Shown here: positions 12,722 through 64,000 of the stretch, piece after piece
Numbering within the stretch: position 1 is the stretch's first letter
Layout: every line of letters starts with the position of its first letter
From: the human T2T-CHM13v2.0 reference genome, Homo sapiens
Assembly: GCF_009914755.1 (NCBI RefSeq)
Contig: NC_060935.1
Strand: one strand, 5' to 3'
DNA length: 64,000 nucleotides
Translations under genes and position numbers: made by a program
Notes under the pieces: generated by a model
Seen by the model: only the letters and a program-made list of their open reading frames with translations
The model's database searches: none
Told to the model about the DNA's origin: nothing

Positions 12722-12860
12722 GGGCTCGGGACATGTGGAGAGCCTACTCTGACATGAGAGAAGCCAATTACATCGGCTCAGACAAATACTTCCATGCTCG
12801 GGGGAACTATGATGCTGCCAAAAGGGGACCTGGGGGTGCCTGGGCTGCAGAAGTGATCAG
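12722..12860 (+). CDS. SAA1: Serum amyloid A1, exon 3 ([47 protein letters not shown])
   Basis: AG/GT boundaries, 139 nt, SAA family motif [13 protein letters not shown]. Confidence 0.98.
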
Positions 12861-13243
12861 GTAACTGGAGCTCCTGGGACGTTAGGGCTGGGTGAGCAGA
12901 GCTTGCCTGCCTTGGACAGTCAGGAGGGAGACGAGCTCCTTGTGGAGAAGTTAGAGGCTGCGGCCCCTCCTCCTCTTGCCCTCTCTCTGCCTCTGTGCTC
13001 AGTGTGAGGTCTGAGTGGATGGTAGGAGTGAGTGATTCCTCATCCTCCCTCTCTGGGTGCTGTTCATCCAGCCTAGGGGTGCCCAGCCTGGCTGAATGGG
13101 GTGGTGCCCAGTGTTTTCATCCCTCCTTCCTTGGCCTTTCTGGGCTCCTCTCTGAGCCCTCCCTTGGAACAGGGAGAATGGGAGGGTGGGCTATTGCTCA
13201 CTGGCCTGATTATTAATCTCCTTCTTGCCTGCCTTGATTACAG

Positions 13244-13382
13244 CGATGCCAGAGAGAATATCCAGAGATTCTTTGGCCATGGTGCGGAGGACTCGCTGGC
13301 TGATCAGGCTGCCAATGAATGGGGCAGGAGTGGCAAAGACCCCAATCACTTCCGACCTGCTGGCCTGCCTGAGAAATACTGA
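13244..13382 (+). CDS. SAA1: Serum amyloid A1, exon 4 coding part ([17 protein letters not shown]...PEKY*)
   Basis: 139 nt; total CDS 369 nt = 122 aa; D60, F68, F69, E84, K90 distinguish SAA1 from SAA2. Confidence 0.98.
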
Positions 13383-13472
13383 GCTTCCTCTTCACTCTGC
13401 TCTCAGGAGATCTGGCTGTGAGGCCCTCAGGGCAGGGATACAAAGCGGGGAGAGGGTACACAATGGGTATCT

Positions 13473-13478
13473 AATAAA
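13473..13478 (+). terminator. SAA1: SAA1 polyadenylation signal
   Basis: AATAAA 90 nt after the stop, GT-rich element downstream. Confidence 0.9.
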
Positions 13479-16400
13479 TACTTAAGAGGTGGAATTTGTG
13501 GAAACTGGGTGTTATACTTTGTGGTATAGACTGCCTGTTTAGTATGAAGGGGCGATCCATGCACATCTAAGTGAACGTGGAGGCTGGGTGGGTGGGAGAC
13601 GACTCCTGGGCACACAGGGCATCCTGGGCATCCCTGAGGCAAGGACATGATGAGTTCAGTGGCCACCCCCACAGGATCCCAGGGGCTTCAGCAGATCCCA
13701 CCCCTTACCCCATGTGAGCAGCTGCCCAGTGAGTCTGTAGGAACCCGAGCCACATTCCCAGTGAGTTCAACTGCACCCCGGCACGTTTTGCTAGCACCTC
13801 AATGGAGAGCTCCTTGCTTGCAGCTTTGGCTTGTGGCACCCAGCAAAAGCTTCCTGCCACCCAGTGGCTACAGCCACACACTCTCCAGCAAGATTTAATC
13901 TCAGCCTTGTGAGGAGCCCTTTCCCAAATTTATTTCTTTCTGTGTTTTTTATCCCTTAGTAGCTAATCTCATGTTAGCCATTAATAACTCTCTATGTTAA
14001 ACCCTTCCTTTTGTATCTGCGGCTACATTGATCAATTGTCTCACACCGCTCACCCACCCCCTCTCCCTGGTCATGCAGAGGCCTCACCAGTCATTTTATT
14101 GCTATTCCCAGGCCTCTGTGTGCCCAGATCTCTTCACTGCCCTGTCAGTTGTGTCCTGTCCCCTTCTCGACCTCCTGGCCTTGTCCTCAATGATGTTTCT
14201 ATGAGGCTTTGGAAAGCCTCATCCCAAGAGTCCTGGCAACTGATACATTAGTCTCACCAACACTAGCCCCTACTCCTGATCTCATTTTAAAATTTTATTT
14301 TCTTATTTTATTATTATTATTTTTAGGGACATCACCCTGCTTCTGACTGACCCAATTTTTAAAGTTTCTCTTTATTCTCCTTAAAGAATGGCTCTCCCAT
14401 TTGTTTCCCTCATCTTTCTTTTCACTGACTTAGAATTCAGGTCCAGACAAAAATTCCACTTCCTTGAAGAGCCTTCCCAGTAGCCATGAACCACACTCTG
14501 GGGCAGAGTTTGTGGCTCCCAAGCACTTTGTTCACACCTGCTCGTTCATCTTTACCCCCTCCTCTCAGAATTGGTTTTGTATGTCAGTTCCCCTGCTGGA
14601 CTGGAAGCCCCTGTAACATAACTAGCATTTGAACAGTTCATAAAAACACTTTCATTTCTATTGTCCTGTGTAACTGTTCACAAGATACATTAGTCTCACT
14701 CATTGTCGTTTGACAATGTTTATTGTTCTAAAGAGAAAGCGAGATATGTAGGTAGACACAACACAATAAGAGCCTCAATACAGGCACACACTGGTGGCAG
14801 TCCAAACTCTGCTGGAATATGGAAGGCCAGTGAATAGTAACTAGAATCGCTGCCATCTTTTACACTGCAATTGCAAGACTGTGTCCTATACTTTACATGC
14901 TTTATCGGATTGACACTGCAGAGAAGCCTTTGATGTTCTCGGTTGGATAAACAGGTTTAGAGGTATGTGTTCAGGCCTTCTCCAAGGTCACACATGTAAC
15001 AGGTGCAGAGCCAAGACTGCAGGCTGGTTTGTCTGACTCCAGAACCTGTGATACACTGAACAAGGCCAAGAGATTCAGCAGTGGAGACCTCCTCTCTTCT
15101 TCAGGAAGATAGGGAACATGGTAAGAGCAGTGAATTCCATAAGCATGGGACCCCGTTATACTTCATTTTTTGTAAAATTAGTTCCTTGATCAGAAGCAAC
15201 GCCTTTGGGTCTCTCGCTATTGAGTTAAGTGTGGATGTGCCACTCTCCCTAGTACCCCAGAGTGTAGTTGGAGGCTTGCCTAGAGATTAGAGGTTGAGGA
15301 TCCTTCAGTAGTTCCTATACCAAGCCATAAGTTGTGCTGCATCTGCAGGTAGGGTCAGGGAGCTCCGCTGAACAGATGTGGAGGACATCAGAGTGGGAGG
15401 AAAAGGAAGCAAGTCGTGTGGGGAGAGAAGACCCAGCCTGCAATGATGACTGGTTAACTACTGTTTCTTACCTAATACACACTCAGATAACAGACTAAGT
15501 CTAGGTGATAAAGCCTCAAAGAATAGCAGACTCTCCCCACTGCACCCGCTTCCCACCTCCGCCACCTTTCCACAATTCTTAGCATGGGTTCTCCTGAAAA
15601 GAAAGCGGAAACAAAGTCTTGTGTGTAGGTATTTTATTTGGGGAATGAACACGGGGAGCAGGAGTGAGACAGTGGAGTAAAACAGGGAAGAGCAAGGCCA
15701 ATACAGGGACACATTATACAGCTGGCCATGCATAAGAGCCACATAACTGATGCCACTGGGACCTTCAGAGGAACATCATAAAAAGTGTCTCAGTGCTCTC
15801 CATCAGCAGTCCAAAATGAAAGGCACCTAGCAACTGGCTTCCATCTCCCTTTGGTCAAAGGTGGCCCCACCATTGTTAACTTTTCTGCATTTGTTGGCTA
15901 TGCACACAAGAGTGTCCAGTGGGTTTACCTGGAGTAGGAAGTAGAAGGTCCACGGAGCAGACCCAAAGCAAGGTGCTGCCAGGTTGTACCTGTGTGAAAT
16001 GAATTAAAGCCTATGGTGGAACCCATCACTGTAGCAGTGGCTGGAGAAAGGGGAGTGGGCCAACAGGTCTGAAGTAGTTGACAGGCTGCATCTGATACAC
16101 AGTGCAAAGCTTTGCTTTTTGAAAGTAAGGTCTGGACACAGCAAGTTCACTTGGGAACAAAGGAATGGACTGGATCTTAGACTAAGAATAAAAGAGACAA
16201 GAAGAAACTATACTGGGTAGCCAAGATGGGGAAAGAGGCAGGGCGACTGGGAGAGACAGAGAAATGTAAACCACCATGGACTAATGAAACCTGCCATAAC
16301 CCTTGTGATCCCACACAGATGCCACTCCCAGGGGGAACATGATTTGGAGCACAGTGCTCCACAAGACACTGAAGGAATTTAGGGATGCTATGGGGCTTTA

Positions 16401-17119
16401 ATAGGTTTAGGGACATGGTGACATTCCTAGCAACAAGATTGTAACACACTACATAATCTTTTGCTTGAAATAACTTGTTTTTGTTTTCTTACAATATAGG
16501 TACTTTGTTAGAGGCTGCGGTAAAATGAGGGTAATATGATGGCCTTTATGGTTAGGGGATACAAGGAATATATGAATCTTATGCCCAATCAAACCCACAA
16601 GGTCCCCAATGGAGATAAGTTCTGAGGACAATGACCAGCACTCTATTGTTGGTTGGGGTTTGGCCCCAAACTTCAAAGCAGAACTCTGGTAAGTTGGGCT
16701 GCACTGCATGGTCTGGGATAGAAGTCTAAGAGGACTTCTTTCAAAATCAGTCTCCAACCCCTCAGATCAGAAAGGCCATTCCAGTCAGCCCCCACCAGCA
16801 CTGGAGGGAGCGAACCAGGGAGCATGAGCTTGTGTTTGACTCACTCAGAGCCAAGTTCCTATTGCACACCTCATAGGCTTTTTCCAAATTAGAAAAGGAC
16901 AGAAGGACCTGTGAGACCTGCTCTCCTTCACTTCCTTTAGTAGGGTAAGGCTAACTTGCTTCAACAAAGATACTCCAAAATACAGAATGTTAAGGAATAT
17001 ACAAATTTATGTCTCACCTAACAGTTTGTGATGAGTATTTCAGCTGCCAGGGACTTCAGCTCCGTACTGTCTTTCAGGTTCCTTCCAAGTTGTTGGCTCT
17101 ACCATACTTCAGACTGACC

Positions 17120-17216
17120 CTTGCTACTCAAAGTGTGATCCAAGGACCAGAGGCATCAGCATCGCCTGGGATCTTGTCAGAAATGCAAAATCTCAGGCTC
17201 TACCCTAGATCTACTG
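17120..17216 (+). mobile_element. MER5A-like hAT DNA transposon fragment
   Basis: CTACTCAAAGTGTG..CATCAGCATC.CCTGGGA..TTGTCAGAAATGCA..TCTCAGG motif. Confidence 0.7.
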
Positions 17217-17887
17217 TGGCAGTCAGGAGCTCCTACCTAATCTGTAGGAACTACAGCAAAAAATAAAAATAAAAAATAAGTAGGGACTTTGTTGAGAAGC
17301 CAAAACAGGGGAAAAAAATGTGGGAACCCTTGTCCATCAATTATTAAGAATTTCAAAACAGTGAAAGCAGAACATTAAACCAAGTGGGGGGCCCTCATAA
17401 GCTCAGGGTTCTGACAATTATACAGCCCTCACGTCCATGTGAGGTGGACAGAATCCTAAGGAAATTTCAGCAGGTGGGCAATGGGTGAAAAGCCACGCCA
17501 GAATTGAACAGGAACATATGCAAAAAGAGCAAAGTGCAGAACGTATGCAAGGAACGGAGGACCCAGGACAAGGGACAAACTTGGGCTCTGAAACAGAAAA
17601 AGTTTGAAAATAGATCACGGAAGGCCTTAAATGCCAAGCCCAAGGGCTTGGGCTGTACTCTGAAAACAGAGGGGAGGCGTTGAAAGTTTCTGACTGGGAA
17701 GTGGCATGACTGTGCCCCAAGAAGACAAAGATCCTGGCAGTGCATCTGCAATTAACTTCCCATGAAAGCAAGATAAACAATCTTTCTCATGGACTGTGAT
17801 GCATCTATACACGAGGATGACTCTATCTAAATCTCAGAACAGTGTGGGGGTCGATGGCAAGTTGAGGGAGGTTAAATTAGTCCATTG

Positions 17888-18745
<858 letters not shown>

Positions 18746-18768
18746 TGAATCACCTGACTGGGTAATAG

Positions 18769-20184
18769 TGTGTCCGGAATTGGTGGGTTCTTGGTCTCAC
18801 TGACTTCAAGAATGAAGCCACAGACCCTCTCGGTGAGTGTTTAAGTGTTACAGTTCTTAAAGGTGGGGTGTCCGGAATGTTACTTCTGGTGTTCGGAGTT
18901 TCTTTTCTGGTGGGTTCGTGGTCTCCCTGGCTCAGGAGTGAAGCTATGGACCTTCGTGGTGAGTGTTACAGCTCTTAAGGTGGAGCGTCTGGAGTTGTCT
19001 GTCCCTCCCGGTGGGTTCATGGTCTCACTGGCTTCAGGAGTGAACTGCAGACCTTCGCAGTGAGTGTTACAGCTCATAAAGGCAGTGTGGACCCAAAAAG
19101 TGAGCAGCAGCAAGATTTATTGCAAAGAGCAAAAGAACAAAGCTTCCACAGTGTGGAAGGGGACCTGAGCAGGTTGCCACCCCAGTTCAGGCAGCCTGCT
19201 TTTATTCTCTTATCTGGCCCCACCCACATCCTGCTGATTGGTCCATTTTACAGAGAGCTGATTGGTCCGTTTTGACAGGGTGCTGATTGGTGCATTTACA
19301 ATCCCTGAGCTAGACACAAAAGTTCTCCACATCCCCACTAGATTAGCTAGATACAGAATGCTGACTGGTGTATTTACAGTCCCTTAGCTAGACATAAAGG
19401 TTCTCCAAGTCCCCACCAGAGTAGCTAGATACAGTGTCGATTGGTGCATTCACAAACCCTGAGCTAGACACAGGGTGCTGATTGGTGTGTTTACAAACCT
19501 TGAGCTAGATACAGAGTGCCGATTGGTGTATTTACAATCCCTTAGCTAGACATAAAGGTTCTCCAAGTCCCCACCAGACGCAGGAGCCCAGCTGGCTTCA
19601 CCCAGTGGATCCCGCACCGGGGCCACAGGTGGAGCTGCCTGCCAGTCCCCTGCCATGTGCCCGCACTCCTCAGCCCTTGGGTGGTCAATGGGACTGGGCG
19701 CCCTGGAGCAGGGGGCGGTGCTCGTCAGGGAGGCTTGGGCCGCACAGGAGCCCACGGAGTCGGGGGGAGGCTCAGGCATGGCGGGCTGCAGGTCCCGAGC
19801 CCTGCCCCACAGGAAGGCAGCTAAGGCCTAGCGAGAAATTGAGCACAGCAGCTGCTGGCCCAGGTGCTAAGCCCCTCACTGCCCAGGGCCGGTGGGGCCG
19901 GCCGGCCGCTCCGATGCGGGGCCCGCTGAGCCCACGCCCACCCGGAACTCGCGCTGGCCCGCAAGCACCGCGCACAGCCCCGGTTCCCACCTGCGCCTCT
20001 CCCTCCACACCGCCCTGCAAGCTGAGGGAGCCGGCTCCAGCCTTGGCCAGCCCAGAAAGGGGCTCCCACAGTGCAGCAGCGAGCTAAAGGGCTCCTCAAG
20101 TGCCGCCAGAGTGGGGGCCGAGGCCGAGGAGGCACGGAGAGTGAGCGAGGGCTGCGAGGGTCGCCAGCACGCTGTCACCTCTTA
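18769..20184 (-). mobile_element. Solo ERV9 LTR (LTR12C-like)
   Basis: Minus strand runs T(A)AGAGGTGACAGCGTGCTGGC...CCACCAATTCCGGACACA; tandem CCAAT/GATA U3 repeats; GC-rich 5' U3; 4-bp TSD ATAG at 18765 and 20185. Confidence 0.93.
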
Positions 20185-20293
20185 ATAGATCTAAGATTGT
20201 TTACATTTATTGTGCTGAGATGAACTGGTGGCAGTGATGGGATGTCAGTGGTTAGAGGTGAAGAGAGGAAGGTCACTTAAGTCTGCTGTAATG

Positions 20294-20623
<330 letters not shown>

Positions 20624-21577
20624 GACTGTGGCAATAGTCTAGGCAAGAAATAATGAGAACGTGAGCTGGTGGCAAGAGACAATGGGAAAAAAATGACTAA
20701 TGGAAAACACCAGCAAGGTAGAATTGAAAGCAAGGTAGAAATGTACCTAGTCATTAGAAGTGAGGGTAGAGGAGGAGGAAGAGGCAAGGATGACTACTAC
20801 AAGGTTTTGAGCCTTGACCAGGGCAATCACAAATTTAACACATGCAAGGAAATTATTAATTTCAATTTTCGTCTTCCCACTGTCTCTGGCTCATGTAAAT
20901 CCAATGTCTATGGGTCTGATAACTACCAGGTCCAACAACGACATCCCAAACCTTTCTAACAATAGCTAACATTATTACCTATACGCTACATCACAGGCAC
21001 TGTGCCCTACCATTTCCGTCTCCTTTAATTCTCACTAAAAAGGAGCTCTAACACCTCAACTCTTTCTTTGTGCTATTATCTCATCTAATCCTCAAAATAC
21101 CCTGAATCAGAGCTACCATCATCCCCATTTTACAGATGAGAACACTAGAACTTAGAAAAACAAAGGAACTTCCCAAAGTCATGAAGCAAAAGAGAGAGTA
21201 GATATTCAAACCAAGGCAGTCAGCCTCAGAACACAAGCTCTCAGCCACTGTGATGCCCTGTAAAACAGCCGGTCAGATCTGTAAACAAAAGGGAAAAGGG
21301 AGGCAACCATGAATCACAATCTGCCTAGAACTTTCAGGGAAGCGAAAGAAAGATACAAGTTCTATTTAAAAACTAATACCCAAATAGACTGCAAGTTTAA
21401 ATGTTTAACTGAAGGAGATTTTTTTTTTCATCTAATGTCATGAAGGTGATTTTTGTTTGTTTGCCTCGGAAAATAAATTCAAGTGACAAGATTTGTTTTT
21501 GTTATATTAGAAATTTCTCTCCATACCCTTTATCAAATGAGAATTGCTGTGCCTTGAGAAGGTCTGTGAAGAAATGA

Positions 21578-22089
<512 letters not shown>

Positions 22090-22310
22090 GACAATCTCTT
22101 TAACCCATATGGTTGCATCATATCTAGGAGTAATGTGTAAGTTTAACAGTGATTTGTGTCCATATTCTCTGGTTATGTTATAAATGCAAAAAAGAGTTGA
22201 ATTGTTCAGTGCATCCAACACTTTACTTACTCCACACCTTTCTGCAAAATGCTCATAATAAACCTCCTGTCTACATTGTGTTCCAATGAAAACTTTAGTC
22301 ATATTTTACA

Positions 22311-22316
22311 TTTATT
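22311..22316 (-). terminator. HPS5: Candidate HPS5 polyadenylation signal (another at 22407-22412)
   Basis: AATAAA on the minus strand about 1.1 kb past the stop codon. Confidence 0.55.
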
Positions 22317-22619
22317 ATTAATATAACATGCTATGTAAATGTACAGGAGCCTGACAAATGACAATCTACTTACATAATTTAAATAACACAAGTGCTTGCT
22401 GCAGTCTTTATTAGTACACAGCTTTGTTATGGCTTCTTAGAAATAATTTTAAAAAGTGCATGATTCTTGTGGGCTACTCTGTTTAGGAAAGATTACAGAT
22501 AACACATTTCTAAGAATGAATTAGTCAGCTGTATATGGGTTCAGATTAGAAAATATTAAATAAATACAGGGAAAAATATTTTTAATTAGCTTAATTTATA
22601 TATGAAGATATTTTATTTA

Positions 22620-22862
22620 ATTTGTTTTTGAGACAGGGTCTTTCTCTGTCACCCAGACTGGTGTGCAATGGCACAAACACATCTCATTGCGGCCTGGACC
22701 TCCTGGCCTCAGGTACTATGCCTAGCTAATTTTTTTTATTTTTTGTAGAGATGCATTCTCACTATGTTGCCCAGGCTGGTCTTGAACTCCTGGCCTCAAG
22801 TGATCCTCCCGTCTTTACCTTCCAAAGGGTTGGGATTACAGGCCTGAGCCACTGCACCCAGT
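22620..22862 (-). mobile_element. AluJ-like inside the HPS5 3'UTR
   Basis: Alu consensus with an internal deletion. Confidence 0.85.
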
Positions 22863-23410
22863 CCCATTTTACTTAAATATCAAATTCAAATCTTCAGTGT
22901 TCTACTTATTTTGGGTGTTAATTCCATTATACACCGTCTTATTTCAGTAATTTCCATATTGTGCCAGACAAGATATAAAAATAATTCAACTCCAGTCAAT
23001 AATACCATCTGTCTTCATGTGACCAGGATGAAAAGCTTCTGCTCCCAACATGGAAGCCACAGTAAGAAAAGAATCTGTCTAATCCACTAGCAACAAGCAG
23101 TTAATACTGTAGTTCGGAATAATACTAGGACATTAACATTCTAATTCCAGCAAACAAGGACTGACTCTTTTCAAAATTCAACTTTGGTTAAGAAATGCTG
23201 AGTACAACTTTGGTTAAGAAACACTGAGGTCATGGATAAAGAGTCACAGATGCCGATGCCAAGGGTACAGACACTGACAAAAGTAGCCCCAATAAGATGG
23301 CAGGATTTGGGGGTGGTGTCTTTCCTTCAATAACAAATGCGTTCAGAAGGTTCAGGAGCATGATTTAGTTTTTCTCAAAATGTCATGACATCCTGCTGAA
23401 TCTTCTCCCA

Positions 23411-61400
<37,990 letters not shown>

Positions 61401-62796
61401 TTAGCCAGAAAGCTGAAACTTGTTGAATGATAGATACAGTATTCCTCACCTGAATAAAATCCACAAAAATATAATTTAAGAAGCCCACCATTCATTTAAC
61501 ATGCATTTAACAAATATGTGGGGAACATAGAGAAACATGAGAAAGTCCCCACTATACAGGGACTTAGAAAGAAAACACATAAGGTAACATCGTATGCCAC
61601 AGTGTGTTTACATTGTGTCATTCCCTGACTCTAAAACTCCCAGAGTAGCAGGTACGGATTCTCAGGGCCCTCCATAAGCCTATCCCCCTGTATTATCTAA
61701 CAGTGTGAGTAAACAGAATAGGTAGAGTAGGATTTAGGAAAATTGGCATATCACCCTGAGTTAAAACAGCAACCTTGCTGCTGCATTTCTATGAATACTA
61801 AATCTTCTGTCTTTAGGAGTCTCTCATTAAAACGCAATCTTCTGTAAAGGCCTCAACTTATTAACTGTTATCAGCAAACCCTACAGTTATCAGCTAACAA
61901 TTTAACAGTGGTTTATAGGAATAGGCCACTAGACTTCTCTCTTCAACCGAGCAGGGGCTTAGTAAGTATGGTGAATGAATGAACAGATCTACTAAGTGAG
62001 AAGGTACAGGGAATTAGAGCACAAAGAAAAATAAGCGCTTCAACAAAAGAGACTAGATAGGACAGAATACGGATAAGAATACAAGGTAACAAATGCCAAA
62101 TAACCAGTGAGGACTTTGTAAAGTAACACGAAAGTTTTTATGTGTTCACCTACTCTCAAATGCACTTTTTTGTCAACTTGCACCAATCTCCAGAAAAAAA
62201 GAAAAGAAAATTCTACTCATTAATTATAACTTTTCTCAATCACTTGTTACCTGCCAAATTTAGAAAGCCAATGAATACAACAGAAAAAGTCATGAACTGT
62301 TTATACATTCTTGTTGTTTGTTCATGCTTTACGTTTTTGACTTTTTTTCCAGAAACATATATATTCCATCACTCATTTATTCAACAAATTTGTACTGAGC
62401 ACCCACCTACGTGCCAGACATTATTCTAGGTCCTGGAGATGATAAAGTTCTAACCCTCATAGAGCATACTTTCTAGTGGCAAAACGAAGACTATATTTTT
62501 TATTGCACACACATAACACAATCTTATTTTCTGCTAGTAACACTGTTCCTAATACACCTTGACCTCTGCAAGGAGAATGTTCAGGAAAAAAAAAAAGAAA
62601 AAACCCAGAAAGAAACTTTCACATGCCTGTACTCAAAATATTTGAGAATTATTGACCTAAGAAAATCTTCCCTCATTGTTTTCACTCATTCATTTCATTG
62701 AGTACCTAGTAAAGTACCAGGCACAGTGGTAAAAATAAGACAAGTAAAATAATTCCAGAAGTCAGTCAGTTTATAATACGGAGGAAAAGACAAATA

Positions 62797-62797
<1 letters not shown>

Positions 62798-62831
<34 letters not shown>
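62798..62831 (+). repeat. (CA)n microsatellite in HPS5 intron 1
   Basis: About 17 CA units. Confidence 0.95.
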
Positions 62832-62832
<1 letters not shown>

Positions 62833-64000
62833 CTTATAAGGGAAACATAAGCAAACTGCTTTGTTAGAACTTTACAGGACAGAGGGATCACATTGAATTA
62901 AAGGGAACTGAAGAAAACGCTCTAAGGAAAGTAGTACTGATGCTGACTAGGCTTTTATCTCAAGGAAAAGGGAAAGGGTAGCAGGTAGGGTAGCAATAAG
63001 CAAATATATAGAGAAGAAAAAAATGCAGAATATACTAGAAGAATACAAATTTAGTCTTTGGTTGAAACAGGATACAAGCAACGGAATAATGAAAGATAAA
63101 GCTGGAATCTTAATTTGGGCCCAAGTTACAAAACACTTTGAATTTCAAACCAAAGAACCTGAACTTAACTTGGCAGGCAACAGAAAGGAATTGAAGAATT
63201 GTGTGTTGGGAGGTCACACAATTTCTGTAAAGTGCTGTGGGTGGTTAGATGCTAGAAAACAAAGACTTGAGAAAACGGGTGGGTGATATGAAAATGAGGA
63301 TAAAACATTTCAATTACTCAAGAAGTCTGGTGGAAAAGGAGAAAACCTCTCTTGACGTTATTATTGGGGAGACTCTTCAACAGATTTGTAGGTAGTAGCT
63401 AAAAGTAGAGTCTAGAACGAAAGGGACTGAAGATTCAAGAAAAAGATAAAACCATGGTACAGGATCCAAGAGATGGAAAGGAATGATAATATCATAGTGT
63501 CTCTTCTACTTGTGATCTTGAAACAAAGAAACTCTGAGTAGGTCATTTTGCCTTAATCTCGGTAAAAAGAGAATGTCCTGGAAGTTATAATATAATGCGG
63601 GGGTGTGCAGGGGGACACACCTAGTAAGTTCTACTGAAAAGAAAAAAAGAATTTAACAGAAATGAGAATGGAAAATAAAAACAGCATAAGCAATGCCAAT
63701 TCTCAGAGAAGCTGCTGAATGACAGTGTTAAACCAACTTCAACTTTATACTTTATGTTTACTCTCCCTGAAATGACTGCTTCCCTTCCAGATTTTCTTAT
63801 CCAAACATACCCAGCTTTCAAGATCGCACATGAGCCCTACTTCCTAGAATTCTCAAGATGGAAAAAGATTCATAGGTAATTCAGTGAACATGTCCACCTA
63901 ATTCAGAAATTAGTTTTGCCCTAGATCCCTGAACATTTTCAGCCATGGAAAGAAAGCACTCACTCTCATGAAGCTGCCAATTCCAGTCCTCCAAAGGGCT

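Noticed and set aside
13101-13243. In-frame extension upstream of SAA1 exon 4
   Set aside because: Intron 3 sequence without an ATG start; the canonical acceptor at 13243 gives the 122-aa protein
9760-13494. Calling the gene SAA2
   Set aside because: Exon 4 residues (D60, F68, F69, E84, K90), the intact GRE and adjacency to the HPS5 3' end indicate SAA1
19546-20185. Several overlapping 77-160 aa ORFs and a CpG-island-like stretch
   Set aside because: GC-rich LTR12 U3 lacks stops by composition; not a gene

Overview
Human genomic DNA, recognisable as the chr11p15 SAA locus. Plus strand: a full-length processed ST13 (Hip) retrocopy with an intact 369-codon ORF (ST13P5/FAM10A5, about 5412-7037), then the complete SAA1 gene (4 exons, 122 aa, Ala52/Val57/Gly72 = SAA1.5 allele). 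Its promoter has GRE, C/EBP, NF-kB and TATA elements, and intron 1 holds a 5S rRNA retropseudogene. Minus strand: all 22 coding exons of HPS5 (exons 2-23, summing to 3390 nt = 1129 aa); non-coding exon 1 is not evident in the window. The rest is Alu, L1, L2, MIR, LTR and DNA-transposon sequence, including a solo LTR12C between SAA1 and HPS5. I find no new gene system. The best second-look items are: (1) a 5' splice site made inside the 5S pseudogene in the SAA1 5'UTR region; (2) a diverged copy of HPS5 exon 14 with an intact, same-phase acceptor and an early stop in intron 15 (candidate poison exon); (3) a copy of the SAA1 exon1/intron1 junction inside a polypurine tract 1.5 kb upstream; (4) a C/EBP + tandem STAT motif cluster 12 kb downstream of the SAA1 start (candidate IL-6 enhancer); (5) several short, locally templated insertions. 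Repeat subfamily names and comparisons to reference proteins are from memory, not database searches. Repeat boundaries are approximate.
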